Positions 38,825 to 49,253 of a stretch of 64,000 bases of DNA are shown piece by piece. The translations under genes and the position numbers were made by a program. Position 1 is the first letter of the stretch. Each line of letters starts with the position of its first letter. Below the pieces are notes generated by a model. The model had not been told where the DNA came from and did not search any database. It was given only the letters and a program-made list of their open reading frames with translations. The DNA comes from Alkalispirochaeta sp. Lineage in GTDB: Bacteria; Spirochaetota; Spirochaetia; DSM-27196; Alkalispirochaetaceae. The stretch lies in assembly GCA_965601925.1 (NCBI GenBank), contig OZ271854.1, positions 4,224,001-4,288,000 of the forward strand, in the 5' to 3' direction.

Positions 38825-40852
38825 ATGAACGAAACGCGCAATATCGGAATAATGGCCCACATCGATGCGGGCAAGACAACGACGACGGAACGCATCCTCT
38901 ACTACACCGGCAAGTCCCACCGTATCGGCGAGGTCGACGACGGCTCCGCGACCATGGATTGGATGGTTCAGGAGCAAAATCGAGGAATCACCATAACCTC
39001 GGCCGCGACGACGACATTCTGGCACGATCACAAAATCAACATCATCGATACGCCGGGCCACGTCGATTTTACCGCTGAGGTCGAGCGGAGTTTGCGAGTT
39101 CTCGACGGTGCAATTGCGATCTTCTGCGCCGTCGGGGGTGTCGAGCCGCAGTCGGAGACGGTGTGGCGACAGGCCGATGCGTATAACGTACCCCGAATCG
39201 CCTTCGTCAATAAGATGGATCGCATAGGTGCCGACTTTTTCGGCGTGTTGGAAGAGATACGGAGCAAGCTCCACGCCGAGCCGGTCGCGCTTTCGATTCC
39301 GATCGGTCGCGAAAATGAGTTCGAGGGGATCGTCGATCTGCTTGCCGTGCAGGAGATTCACTGGAGCGAGTCGGACAACGGAACGACCTATGAAACGCGG
39401 CCCGTCCGCGCCGAGTTATCGGAGCAAACGTTTCAATGGCGAGAGAAGCTCCTAGACGCGGTCTCCTCCTACTCCGATGAGATCACCGAGCTGGTTTTGG
39501 ACGACAAAGACGTGCCGCCCGAGGCGATCAAACGTGTACTCCGAGAACAAACGCTTGCCGGGACCGTTCTTCCGGTGACCGTCGGTGCGAGTTTGCGTAA
39601 TATCGGCGTTCAACCGTTGCTCGATATGGTGGTGGACTACCTACCGGCGCCCGAGGAGCTACCGGCCGTTCGGGGCATGCATCCCAAAAAAGGCGACCCG
39701 GTGGACGTCGCACGGACGGTAGAGGGCCAGGCGGTCGGTATGGTTTTTAAGATTCAGGCCGACCGCGACGCCGGATCGTACTCGTTTGTGCGGATGTATC
39801 AGGGGACGCTCAAATCGAGCGGCGCCATATTCAACCACAACATGGGTAAGCGCGAGCGCGTCAACCGTATATTGCGGATGCACGCCAACCGTACCGAACA
39901 GATCGACAGAATAGAGGCGGGAGATATCGCCGTCGTCGTCGGGCTCAAATTGGCACAGACCGGCGATACGATCGGGAGCGAAGGCTTACCGGTGATCCTC
40001 GAGCGAATGCACTTTCCCGAGCCGGTGATCTCGGTGGCGATCGAGCCGCAAACCTTGAGCGAGCGCGACCGGCTCCAGGAGGTATTGGCGATCCTCACCC
40101 GGGAGGATCCGACGTTTCTCTGGAAAGAGGATGAAGACACGGGCGAACTGATTATTTCCGGCATGGGAGAGCTTCACCTCGACGTACTCGTCACCCGCAT
40201 CATCGACGACTACAACGTGCGCGCGAAAGTAGGTAACCCGCAGGTCACCTACCGCGAGACGATCACTCAAACGGTGGAGCATCGCGAGGTGTTCAACAAA
40301 ATCATCGGTGGCAAGGAAAACCACGCGGAGATTACCGTGCGTGTATATCCGCGGCAGCGCGGAGAAGGAAACACGTTCACGAGTATCGTTCCGGCAGATC
40401 GTCTGCCGGCGCCCTTTGCCGAAGCGTGCAAACGCGGCATCGAGGCTTCGTTCAACTCCGGAATCCGGCTGGGATACCCGAGCATCGATATCGGCGTGGA
40501 ACTTATCGACGCCTTGTTCGACGAGGTGACGGCGTCGGAGTTCGCCTTCGAGGCCGCCGCATCGTTGGGGTTCGACGCCGCGTGTTCAGCGGCCGGCGCG
40601 ATACTTCTGGAGCCGGTCATGAACGTGACCATCTTCACGCCGAAAGAGTTCATGGGAGAGGTGATAAGCGGTATCACGACGCGCGGCGGTTTGGTACACG
40701 CGGTCGAGAGTCGTCCGAGCGTCGAGCAAATCTCGGCCGAGGCGCCGCTGCGTAAGATGTTCGGGTACAGCACGGCTCTGCGGAGCACCACGCAGGGTCG
40801 CGGAAACTACGCGATGGAGTTTTCGCACTTCGCGCCGAGCGACAAACAGTAG
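38825..40852 (+). CDS. fusA: Elongation factor G paralogue, spirochaete EF-G2 (recycling)-like
   Basis: [26 protein letters not shown] and GMGELHL motifs; divergent domain IV loops; no rpsL/rpsG/tuf neighbours. Confidence 0.9.
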   Translation: MNETRNIGIMAHIDAGKTTTTERILYYTGKSHRIGEVDDGSATMDWMVQEQNRGITITSAATTTFWHDHKINIIDTPGHVDFTAEVERSLRVLDGAIAIFCAVGGVEPQSETVWRQADAYNVPRIAFVNKMDRIGADFFGVLEEIRSKLHAEPVALSIPIGRENEFEGIVDLLAVQEIHWSESDNGTTYETRPVRAELSEQTFQWREKLLDAVSSYSDEITELVLDDKDVPPEAIKRVLREQTLAGTVLPVTVGASLRNIGVQPLLDMVVDYLPAPEELPAVRGMHPKKGDPVDVARTVEGQAVGMVFKIQADRDAGSYSFVRMYQGTLKSSGAIFNHNMGKRERVNRILRMHANRTEQIDRIEAGDIAVVVGLKLAQTGDTIGSEGLPVILERMHFPEPVISVAIEPQTLSERDRLQEVLAILTREDPTFLWKEDEDTGELIISGMGELHLDVLVTRIIDDYNVRAKVGNPQVTYRETITQTVEHREVFNKIIGGKENHAEITVRVYPRQRGEGNTFTSIVPADRLPAPFAEACKRGIEASFNSGIRLGYPSIDIGVELIDALFDEVTASEFAFEAAASLGFDAACSAAGAILLEPVMNVTIFTPKEFMGEVISGITTRGGLVHAVESRPSVEQISAEAPLRKMFGYSTALRSTTQGRGNYAMEFSHFAPSDKQ

Positions 40853-41438
40853 CGTTTCGGGCGCGTCTCCCCGGTGTCTTTATCAGGGGAGCGTTCGTCG
40901 GTGTCGGTCGCTCAGCAGGCCCTACGGGCCAGAAGTCGCGCCCGCCACCGCCGCCCACACCCCGGCGTACTACTCGCCGGGGTGTCGCTTCCCTCCGGTG
41001 GATGGTCGGGGGAGACCGGACTCTGCTTCCAATTCCTCGGTCCGGCACGATATTGTGGAACGTATTGTTCCTTACGTCGGGAAGCCGCGCTCACTTCGCG
41101 ACGATCGCTTCTCGGCTCACTTCGGTTGCGTACCGCAGCCCGGTACCGGCGAGGAACGCAACCACCCGATCGCCGGCGATCGTCGCCCGGCCCTGTGGGA
41201 TTTCCGCCCTCCGTCCTCGCGCTCGTTCCGCAGTGCCACGGTCTCACCGGCAATAGCTGCCCCCCTCCCCCCACAATCCACCAAGCGCCGTCGAGCGCGA
41301 GAGATACTGCTGCCGGGCGGCGGCCGCGGGACGACGCGATTTCAGACGTCCCCGTCTGCTGAGCGCCGGCACGTGGTCGCCGCCCCGCACTCCGGGTACA
41401 CGCACGCGCCGTCGAGAATGCGCGCCCCGAGCTTTTGC

Positions 41439-41467
41439 TTGACAACCGCTTTGAGCCAAACGAGAAT
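41439..41467 (+). promoter_or_regulatory. Putative sigma70 promoter of the second EF-G
   Basis: TTGACA-17-GAGAAT, followed by AAGGAG SD and ATG 41500. Confidence 0.5.
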
Positions 41468-41499
41468 GGGTGCTTATATATCACAGAGAAGGAGTGTTC

Positions 41500-43575
41500 A
41501 TGGCTTTCAGCACGGAACAAATTCGAAACATCGCGGTCGCGGGACACGGCGCAACCGGAAAGACCTCCTTCGTCGAACAGCTCTTGGTTGCCGGTAAGGC
41601 AATCTCGGCGCCGGCGACGATAGAATCGGGGAAAACGGTGAGCGACTACACCCCGGAGGAGATCGAGAATGGAATCTCGATCCACACGTCGCTCTCCAAC
41701 GCCGCGTGGGCCGACCATAAGATAAATATCCTTGACACACCGGGTTCGGCGGACTTCGTTGGTGAAGTCGTAACCGCCTTTCGAGCGGCGGAATCGGCGG
41801 TCATGATGGTCGGCGCGCGTGCAGGCGTACAGATCGAGACCATCAAGTTGTGGCGACGCCTCAACAACCGCAATATGCCGCGCATGGTATTCATTAACAA
41901 AATGGACGAGGAGCGCGCCGACTACGATCGGGTTTTGGAGGACCTCCGTGAAAAGTTCGACATCACACTCGTGCCGATCACCGTCCCCATCGGAACGGCG
42001 TCGGATTTCTCCGGCGTAGTCGATCTCATCGGTAATACCGCGTGGATCGCCTCCGGCGACGGCGCCGAGAAACGCGGCGATATTCCGGCGGAAATGGCCG
42101 ATGTGGTGGAGCAGTATCGCGCCCAGCTCGTGGAAGCCGCCGCCGAAGGCGACGACGAGCTCACGATGAAGTACCTCGAGGAGGAGGTGCTCACCGAGGA
42201 GGAGATCCACCGAGGCATAACGGAAGGGCTACGGGACAACAAGATCGTGCCGGTCTTCTGCGGCGCGGCGCTCGGCGGAGTCGGGCTGAACGTCTTCCTC
42301 GACTTTTTGACATGGGCGGCACCATCTCCGGCGGGCGTGCGGGAGATCGTCGTTGCGAAGGACGGAACGGAGTCGGAGCATATCATCAACGCCGACGGCC
42401 CGTTTGCGGCCTTGAGCTTCAAGACGACCCTGGACCAGTTCAGTGGTAAGCTTTCGTTCGTCAAGATCATGAACGGTATCCTGAAGCCCGACACGGAGTT
42501 CGCACTCGATAGGGACGGCAAGAAGATCAAAGGCGGCAAGATCTATACCGCCTTGGGGAAAAAGCTCACCGAAGTTAACGAACTGGACGCCGGAGATCTC
42601 GGTGTCGTCGCGAAAATCGCCGACGCGCACACCAACGATACGCTCCACGCGCCCGATACCTACATGCACTTTCGCCCCTTGGCGCTCCCGCAGCCGGTGT
42701 ACAGTCTTGCGGTCTCCGCGGGTAGCAAAAAGGACGAGGACAAGCTCAACGAGCAATTGACGCGTATCCCGGAGGAGGACAAGACGTTTACGGTCACGTT
42801 CAACCCCGAGACCCACGAGACGGTCATCGCCGGCATGGGTGAGCTACACATCAACACGATCCTCAACAAGATCAAGGCCAACCAGAAGATCGAAATCGCA
42901 ACGCGTCCTCCCAAGGTCGCCTACCGCGAGACGATCACCAAGTCGGCGGAAACGAGCTATCGCCACAAGAAGCAGACCGGCGGCCACGGTCAATTCGCGG
43001 AGGTACACATTCGCGTGCGCGCCCTGGAGCGCGGCGACAAATACGCCTTTGCAAATGAGATAAAGGGTGGCGCGGTCTCAAGGGGCTATATCCCGGGGAT
43101 CGAAAAGGGCCTCCACGAGGCGATGGAGCACGGCGTTTTGGCGGGTTATCCGGTGCGCGACGTCGGGGTCGTGCTTTTCGACGGCAAGGAGCATACCGTC
43201 GATTCATCGGAGATGGCGTTCAAGATCGCCGCCCGCGGCGCTCTCCAGCAGGCGATGGAACAGTGCGGGCCGGTGCTGTTGGAACCGGTCATGAAACTGT
43301 CCGTTTTCGTAGAAGAGCAGTATCTGGGTGACGTGCTCTCCGATCTCAGCTCGAAGCGCGGACGCGTTCTCGGGCAAGATCAGCTCGGCGGCGGCATCAT
43401 TGAGATCGATGCGCTCGTCCCGCAGGCCGAACTCTTACGCTACGCGATCGACCTCAAGTCGATGACCGCCGGCACCGGAAGCTTCGAGATGGTATTCGAC
43501 CATTACGACCCGGTACAGGGGAAGATCGCCGAAGACATTATTCACAACTCGGAGTACGTCAAGCAGGAAGCGTAG
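41500..43575 (+). CDS. fusA: EF-G-like protein (EFG II type, divergent G domain)
   Basis: AGHGATGKT, ENGISI, DTPGSADF, NKMD, GMGELH, KKQTGGHGQF and HTVDSSEMAF motifs. Confidence 0.9.
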   Translation: MAFSTEQIRNIAVAGHGATGKTSFVEQLLVAGKAISAPATIESGKTVSDYTPEEIENGISIHTSLSNAAWADHKINILDTPGSADFVGEVVTAFRAAESAVMMVGARAGVQIETIKLWRRLNNRNMPRMVFINKMDEERADYDRVLEDLREKFDITLVPITVPIGTASDFSGVVDLIGNTAWIASGDGAEKRGDIPAEMADVVEQYRAQLVEAAAEGDDELTMKYLEEEVLTEEEIHRGITEGLRDNKIVPVFCGAALGGVGLNVFLDFLTWAAPSPAGVREIVVAKDGTESEHIINADGPFAALSFKTTLDQFSGKLSFVKIMNGILKPDTEFALDRDGKKIKGGKIYTALGKKLTEVNELDAGDLGVVAKIADAHTNDTLHAPDTYMHFRPLALPQPVYSLAVSAGSKKDEDKLNEQLTRIPEEDKTFTVTFNPETHETVIAGMGELHINTILNKIKANQKIEIATRPPKVAYRETITKSAETSYRHKKQTGGHGQFAEVHIRVRALERGDKYAFANEIKGGAVSRGYIPGIEKGLHEAMEHGVLAGYPVRDVGVVLFDGKEHTVDSSEMAFKIAARGALQQAMEQCGPVLLEPVMKLSVFVEEQYLGDVLSDLSSKRGRVLGQDQLGGGIIEIDALVPQAELLRYAIDLKSMTAGTGSFEMVFDHYDPVQGKIAEDIIHNSEYVKQEA

Positions 43576-43601
43576 GCGCTCGGTGTAATGGACGCTTGCG
43601 G

Positions 43602-43630
43602 AAGGACGGCTCAATGAGCCGTCCTTTTTT
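43602..43630 (+). terminator. Intrinsic terminator
   Basis: AAGGACGGCTC-aat-GAGCCGTCCTT followed by a T run, between convergent genes. Confidence 0.8.
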
Positions 43631-43643
43631 ATGCCACGACGCA

Positions 43644-44990
43644 CTAACGTTGAAGCAACGGCGTGTAAGGTTTGCGTCCCAGAATATTCTTATACGCCGG
43701 GCGAATAATCCGCCCGCCGCTGATGAGCTCCTCTATCCGGTGTGCCGACCATCCGGCGATCCGGGCGACGGCAAAGATAGGGGTATACAACTCCTCGGGT
43801 ATCCCCAGCATGGAATAGACGAAACCGGAGAAGAAGTCGACGTTCGGCGCGATGATTTGATCGGTTCGCTTCTGCTCACGAAACACTTCGGGGGCCAAAC
43901 GCGCGACCCGCCGGTACAAGTCGAACTCCGCCTCCGAGGCACTTTCACGGGCCAGTTCAAACGCTTTCTGCTCCAAGAGTACGGCGCGGGGGTCGGAGAG
44001 TGTGTATACGGCGTGCCCGACCCCATAGATAAGGCCCGAGCCGTCGCCGGCCTCGCGGCGGAGGATCCGCTGTAGAAAGGCGGCCACCTCGCCGTCGTCC
44101 GTCCAGTCGCTCACTCCCTCCTGCACAGACTTCATCATAGAGCGCACCCTGGCGGCGGCTCCGCCGTGTTTCGCTCCCTTGAGCGAGCCGACACCCGCCG
44201 CGACGGCGCTGAAGGTATCGGTCGCCGCCGAGGAGACGACGTGTATGGTGAAGGCGCTATTGTTTCCTCCCCCGTGCTCGGCATGGAGGACCAACGCCAG
44301 ATCGAGGGTCTCGGCCTCAAGAGGCGTATACTCCTGCGTAGGACGAATCAGGGACAACAGATTCTCCGCTGTGGACCGTTCCGTACCGGGGCTGTGAATG
44401 TGTAGACTATCGCCGTGGTGGTAGTGGCGCTTTGCCTGGTAGCCGTAGGCGACCATCGTGGGGAAGCGCGCAATGAGCTCCACGGAGTGCCGGAGCACAT
44501 TGGCGATATCGAGTGACTCCGGATCGGAATCGTAGGAGTAGGCGGCCAGCACCGAGCGCGCGAGATTGTTCATGATATCGCTACTGGGTGCACTGAGAAT
44601 CATGTCTTCGGTGAATCCATCGGGAAGCCTCCTGAGCTCTCCCAAAACTCCTCGGAACTCGTCGAGCTCGGGCTCCGACGGCAGCGACCCGAACAAGAGT
44701 AGATACGCGACCTCCTCGTAACCGAAGCGTCCGTCGGCCTGAAAACCACGTACGATCTCGTCAATCCCGACTCCGCGATACGAGAGGCGTCCGGTATCGG
44801 GAACTCGCTCTTGGTCGTCGATGTAGTATCCGTGCACCTCGCCGATCTCGGTTAGGCCGATCAATACGCCGGTTCCGTCGTCGTTTCTAAGGCCCCGTTT
44901 CGTATTGAACCGTCGGTGCAGATCGGGATCGATACGATTACGATGTGCGGCAAGCTCGGCGTGACGTGAGAAGAAGTCGTTGTTATTCAT
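43644..44990 (-). CDS. gltA: Citrate (or methylcitrate) synthase
   Basis: LHAEHGGGNNS, GAKHGGA, YGVGHAVYTLSDPR, NVDFFSG and RIAGWSAH motifs. Confidence 0.92.
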   Translation of the reverse strand: MNNNDFFSRHAELAAHRNRIDPDLHRRFNTKRGLRNDDGTGVLIGLTEIGEVHGYYIDDQERVPDTGRLSYRGVGIDEIVRGFQADGRFGYEEVAYLLLFGSLPSEPELDEFRGVLGELRRLPDGFTEDMILSAPSSDIMNNLARSVLAAYSYDSDPESLDIANVLRHSVELIARFPTMVAYGYQAKRHYHHGDSLHIHSPGTERSTAENLLSLIRPTQEYTPLEAETLDLALVLHAEHGGGNNSAFTIHVVSSAATDTFSAVAAGVGSLKGAKHGGAAARVRSMMKSVQEGVSDWTDDGEVAAFLQRILRREAGDGSGLIYGVGHAVYTLSDPRAVLLEQKAFELARESASEAEFDLYRRVARLAPEVFREQKRTDQIIAPNVDFFSGFVYSMLGIPEELYTPIFAVARIAGWSAHRIEELISGGRIIRPAYKNILGRKPYTPLLQR

Positions 44991-45038
44991 AAATATGCAA
45001 TGATTATAGCAAGACTATACAGAAAAGGCCAGTCGGCA

Positions 45039-45788
45039 TTATGTGTGTATCGTCGCATGGCGCTCGAACAGCACTTCGAAGATCCGATGGCCCTGCTCCA
45101 GCCCCTTGCGCTCGAATGCGGTCCGCGGGCGCCAGGGTTGGGGCTCGGCGAACCCTTCGTAGCGGTTGACCAACAACCGAGAGCGCGTCAGTACGTCGAG
45201 CATCTGGTGCGCGTACTCCTCCCAGTCGGTCACGGCGTACAGATATCCTCCATCCTTGAGCAACGGCGCAACGAGCTCGGGAAATCCGTCTTTTACGAGT
45301 CGTCGCTTGTTATGCCGTTTCTTGGGCCACGGGTCGGGGAAAAAAAGGTGTATTCCGTCTAAACTCTGCTCCGGTATCAAGCGATCGCATACGAACACGG
45401 CGTCGTAACGGATGACGCGTACGTTCTGCAAACCCAGACGCTCGATATGGCTCAAGAGTTTGCCCACGCCGGGCTTGTGGACTTCGACACCCAGAAAGTC
45501 GGTATCGCGGCGTTCCGCGGCGAGCTCCGCCAGTTCACCCCCCATGCCGAATCCGATATCCATGACGAGGGGACGCGAACGTCCATCCGGCGAGCCGCGA
45601 TGGGGAAAGAGGACGCTCCAGCTCAGCCGATCGGTCGAAGCGTCGGAGACGGGGATACGAAAAACGGGAGAGAGACGCTCGTACGCCGCCTTCTGGTGGG
45701 GGCTCATCCGCGTCGTACGTACGACAAAACTCCTATTCCGCCGAAACCGCTCAATACGTTTCTCGCGCATATCTTCGTTCATCGTCAC
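45039..45788 (-). CDS. trmB: tRNA (guanine-N7)-methyltransferase
   Basis: DIGFGMG, GVEVH, FFPDPWPKKRHNKRR, TDWEEYA and RPRTAFE motifs. Confidence 0.93.
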   Translation of the reverse strand: MTMNEDMREKRIERFRRNRSFVVRTTRMSPHQKAAYERLSPVFRIPVSDASTDRLSWSVLFPHRGSPDGRSRPLVMDIGFGMGGELAELAAERRDTDFLGVEVHKPGVGKLLSHIERLGLQNVRVIRYDAVFVCDRLIPEQSLDGIHLFFPDPWPKKRHNKRRLVKDGFPELVAPLLKDGGYLYAVTDWEEYAHQMLDVLTRSRLLVNRYEGFAEPQPWRPRTAFERKGLEQGHRIFEVLFERHATIHT

Positions 45789-45809
45789 CCTTCCCTCTCT
45801 TTGCTCCGC

Positions 45810-48800
45810 CTACAGTAGTTGCGTCAACCGACCGCGAATGAACTCGGACTTCTCCTTAAGACCGACGCGTCCGGTCTCCATGACGAGTACATTGGGATGG
45901 TGCGGGTCGAGACGCACCGTATCGCCGGAGTTTCGAATCAGCGCCAAGACGCGATCGACGGAGATGGAGGCGACCCGGGCAAACTCGACGCGCAGCTCGC
46001 CGCGCCGCTCCCGCATCGAGGCGATATGGAGGCGCTTGGCGAGAACGCGAATCTCCGAGAGGGCCAGGAGGCTCATGACCTCGTCGGGCATCGCTCCGAA
46101 TCGATCCTCGATCTCGCCGATCAACGCCTCGAGTTGCGCTTCGGTCGAGACGGCGGCGATTTTCTTATACACCTCCATCTTCTCCATGGGCTCCTCGATG
46201 TAGTTGTCCGGGATGAATCCGGTGTACTCCAACTCGAGATAGACTTCCTCTTCCCGCTCCGCCGCATCGTCGGTGCGGTTTCGCAACGCGTCGTCCAGGA
46301 GCTTGAGATAGAGATCGAATCCGATTGCGCCGATATCGCCGCTCTGTTGGCTGCCCAACAGATTTCCCGCACCCCGAACTTCAAGATCCTTGAGGGCGAT
46401 CTTGAAACCGCTCCCCAATTCGGTGAAGTCGCTGATCGTCTGAAGGCGCTTCATCGCCAGCTCGGACAGTGCGCGCTGTTCGGGATAGAAGAGGTATGCG
46501 TATGCAAGCCTGTCGCTGCGTCCGACGCGTCCGCGTAGCTGATACAACTGCGATATACCGTACATATCGGCGCGGTCGATGACGATCGTGTTCACATTGG
46601 GTATATCGATACCGTTCTCGATGATCGTCGTCGCTACCAATACTTGAAATCCGCCGTGGATGAACCGATGCATGATGTCTTCGAGCTCAACGGCACCCAT
46701 CTGCCCGTGCGCGTATTCCACCATGACTTCCGGTACCAGACTCTGCACGAACCGCGTCACATTCTCCAGCGTCTCGACTCGATTGTGGAGAAAGAAAACC
46801 TGTCCGTCCCGTTCCACCTCGCGGCGAATCGCCCGGGCAACCTCTTCTTCGTTGAACTCGGTGATGATCGTTTGGATCGGGTGTCGATTGTGCGGGGGCG
46901 TGGTCAAGAGCGACATATCGCGGATCTTCAGGAGCGACATGTGTAAGGTCCGCGGAATCGGCGTCGCGGTCAGCGTGAGCGTGTCGACGTTGGTCTTGAG
47001 CTCTTTCAGCTGTTCTTTCGCCTTCACGCCGAATCGTTGTTCCTCATCGACCACCAACAGTCCGAGGTCGCGAAAGTGTATGTCCTTCTGCAACAGCCGA
47101 TGCGTCCCGATTACCGCGTCGATCTCGCCGGCCGCCAACGCCGCGACGACGGTTCGTTGCTCCTGCTTACTCACAAATCGCGAGAGCATTGCGACCCGCA
47201 CCGGGAAGCGGTCGAATCGCTCGATGATGTTCTCGTAGTGCTGCTCGACGAGGATCGTAGTAGGAGCAAGAAACGCGACTTGCTTACCGCTGGTCACCGC
47301 CTTGAAAATCGCCCGGAGGGCAAGTTCGGTCTTTCCGTACCCCACGTCGCCGCATACGAGGCGATCCATCGGACGGCGACGCTCCATATCCTGCTTGATC
47401 TCGGCAATGCACCGTAGTTGGTCCTCGGTCTCTTCATACGGGAAGGCCGACTCGAACTCCAATTGCCACTCAGTATCGGGAGGAAAGGCGAATCCTTGGA
47501 CCTGCTTGCGCCGGCTGTACAAGTGCACGAGGCGGTCTGCAAGATCCTCGACGTTGTTGCGCACCGAGCTCTTGCGCTTCTCCCAACTCTTGCCGCCGAT
47601 GCGGTCAAGCCTCGGAGCGGAGCCACCGGAACCGATATAGCGTTGAATAAGGTTGACCTGCTCGATGGGCGTAAAGACCATCTCACCTTCGGCATATTCG
47701 AGTTGAATGTAGTCGCGCTCGTTACCCGCGGCATTCATACGGCGTATACCGCGAAAGAGCCCGATGCCGTAGTTCACATGTACGACGTGATCGCCTTCGT
47801 CGAGCTCGACAAAGGTATCGATGGGAGCGCTCTCGACCGTCTTCAGACTCGCCGGGGCGCGCTTACGCCGACCGAAGATCTCGTTCTCCTGGATGACGAC
47901 CAATCGTTGATCGGGTAGCGCGAAACCGCCGGAGATGTGACCCGACGTCACGATCGCGTCGAAGTCCTGAAGGAGAAAGTCGATCCGCTTCTGTTGCGCC
48001 TCGGTATCGGCGAGTATAACGACCCGATTTCCCGAAGCGATGAGACTGGATAACTCCTCCTTGAGATACGTAACATTCCCGAAGAATGAACGCGGCGCGT
48101 CGCAGCTGAAGCGAATCGCACTGGCGTCTCCGGCATCAGCCAGCGACTCGAAGAAGACCGAGCGCTCTCGACTACGCTCCATGAGCGACTCTGCGTCGGC
48201 AAGAACGCGGTCGGGGCGCGGCAGAGGACGTCGAAAATGCTCTTGAGCAAACACCGATTCGTGCTCGCGGAGATAGCTTTCGGCGCCCGACGTGATGCGT
48301 TGGCGATCGATCCACACGAGCCGGACCGACTCGTGGAGATAGTCGAGCACCGTCTCTCCACCGGAGAGCGCCGCCGCGGACCAATGGGGACCGAGGGCGG
48401 CGGCGCGTCGTCCCTCTACTCCCTCGCCCGTGAGCTCTTGGACGAAAGCATCGAGTTTGTGTTTGAGCTCGGGCATATCGCGCGCCGTAGTAAGAAGTCG
48501 CTCTTCGGCGTCGTCATCCCAGACAACCTCGCGCATGGGATGAAGTTCGACCGTATTGCGTTTCCGCTTGGAGGATTGCGTCGCCGGATCGAACAAACGT
48601 ATCTCCGCAACCTCGTCAAAGTCGAACACGATGCGCACCGCCTCATCCCAGCCCGGGAGAAAGACGTCAAGCACCTCCCCACGGAGTGCAAACTCTCCGT
48701 GAACGCTCACGCGCGGGACCCTCCAATAACCCATGTCGGTGAGTCTTCGCGACAGATCGGTAGGGTCGAAGGAGCGTCCTTTCTCGACCCGCACGGTGTG

Positions 48801-49235
48801 ACGCATACTGTGGTTCGGCGGAGGCAGCTTGAGCGACACGGCGCGCAGCGGCGCGATTGTGATCGCCGCACGGCCGTAGAAGAGGTCGACGAGGGCTCGC
48901 ATTCGTTGGCCCCACACCGCCGCATTGGACGAGGGAGCACCATACGCCCCGGTGCCCCACGACGGCAGCGTCGACGAATCAACGCCGAAGAGCGCAAGAT
49001 CGCTCCGCAATGCGGCGGCTTCGCTCTCGTTGGGAACAACGACGAAGAGGGGTCGCTGCGAATCGGCGTGCATCTTGGCCAGCAGAAAGGCGACAAAACT
49101 CGACTTCGGACCGCGCACCGAACGGGGCAATCCCCCGAATCGCAGCGCATCGCACAGCTCTTTGAGTCCGGCGTGCTTGCCCAAACGCGAGATCAACTGA
49201 TGATATAGTAATGTCGTGTCGTTATTCGCCGACAT
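45810..49235 (-). CDS. mfd: Transcription-repair coupling factor
   Basis: GEFALRG, VVHVNYGIG, GDVGYGKTE, VDEEQRFGV, TATPIPRTL, QLRGRVGRS and DLEVRGAGNLLG motifs. Confidence 0.96.
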   Translation of the reverse strand: MSANNDTTLLYHQLISRLGKHAGLKELCDALRFGGLPRSVRGPKSSFVAFLLAKMHADSQRPLFVVVPNESEAAALRSDLALFGVDSSTLPSWGTGAYGAPSSNAAVWGQRMRALVDLFYGRAAITIAPLRAVSLKLPPPNHSMRHTVRVEKGRSFDPTDLSRRLTDMGYWRVPRVSVHGEFALRGEVLDVFLPGWDEAVRIVFDFDEVAEIRLFDPATQSSKRKRNTVELHPMREVVWDDDAEERLLTTARDMPELKHKLDAFVQELTGEGVEGRRAAALGPHWSAAALSGGETVLDYLHESVRLVWIDRQRITSGAESYLREHESVFAQEHFRRPLPRPDRVLADAESLMERSRERSVFFESLADAGDASAIRFSCDAPRSFFGNVTYLKEELSSLIASGNRVVILADTEAQQKRIDFLLQDFDAIVTSGHISGGFALPDQRLVVIQENEIFGRRKRAPASLKTVESAPIDTFVELDEGDHVVHVNYGIGLFRGIRRMNAAGNERDYIQLEYAEGEMVFTPIEQVNLIQRYIGSGGSAPRLDRIGGKSWEKRKSSVRNNVEDLADRLVHLYSRRKQVQGFAFPPDTEWQLEFESAFPYEETEDQLRCIAEIKQDMERRRPMDRLVCGDVGYGKTELALRAIFKAVTSGKQVAFLAPTTILVEQHYENIIERFDRFPVRVAMLSRFVSKQEQRTVVAALAAGEIDAVIGTHRLLQKDIHFRDLGLLVVDEEQRFGVKAKEQLKELKTNVDTLTLTATPIPRTLHMSLLKIRDMSLLTTPPHNRHPIQTIITEFNEEEVARAIRREVERDGQVFFLHNRVETLENVTRFVQSLVPEVMVEYAHGQMGAVELEDIMHRFIHGGFQVLVATTIIENGIDIPNVNTIVIDRADMYGISQLYQLRGRVGRSDRLAYAYLFYPEQRALSELAMKRLQTISDFTELGSGFKIALKDLEVRGAGNLLGSQQSGDIGAIGFDLYLKLLDDALRNRTDDAAEREEEVYLELEYTGFIPDNYIEEPMEKMEVYKKIAAVSTEAQLEALIGEIEDRFGAMPDEVMSLLALSEIRVLAKRLHIASMRERRGELRVEFARVASISVDRVLALIRNSGDTVRLDPHHPNVLVMETGRVGLKEKSEFIRGRLTQLL

Positions 49236-49253
49236 AGTAGTAGGAGCTCTATC

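Noticed and set aside
41040..41280. Possible cobalamin riboswitch between the EF-G genes
   Set aside because: Only scattered GGGAA/GCCAC-like words; the ordered core motifs were not found, and a promoter lies downstream of the region
40912..42210. 432-aa minus-strand ORF and other long antisense ORFs (for example 12579-13562, 48237-49208, 62883-63962)
   Set aside because: Shadow frames of well-supported genes in GC-rich DNA, with no motifs or start signals
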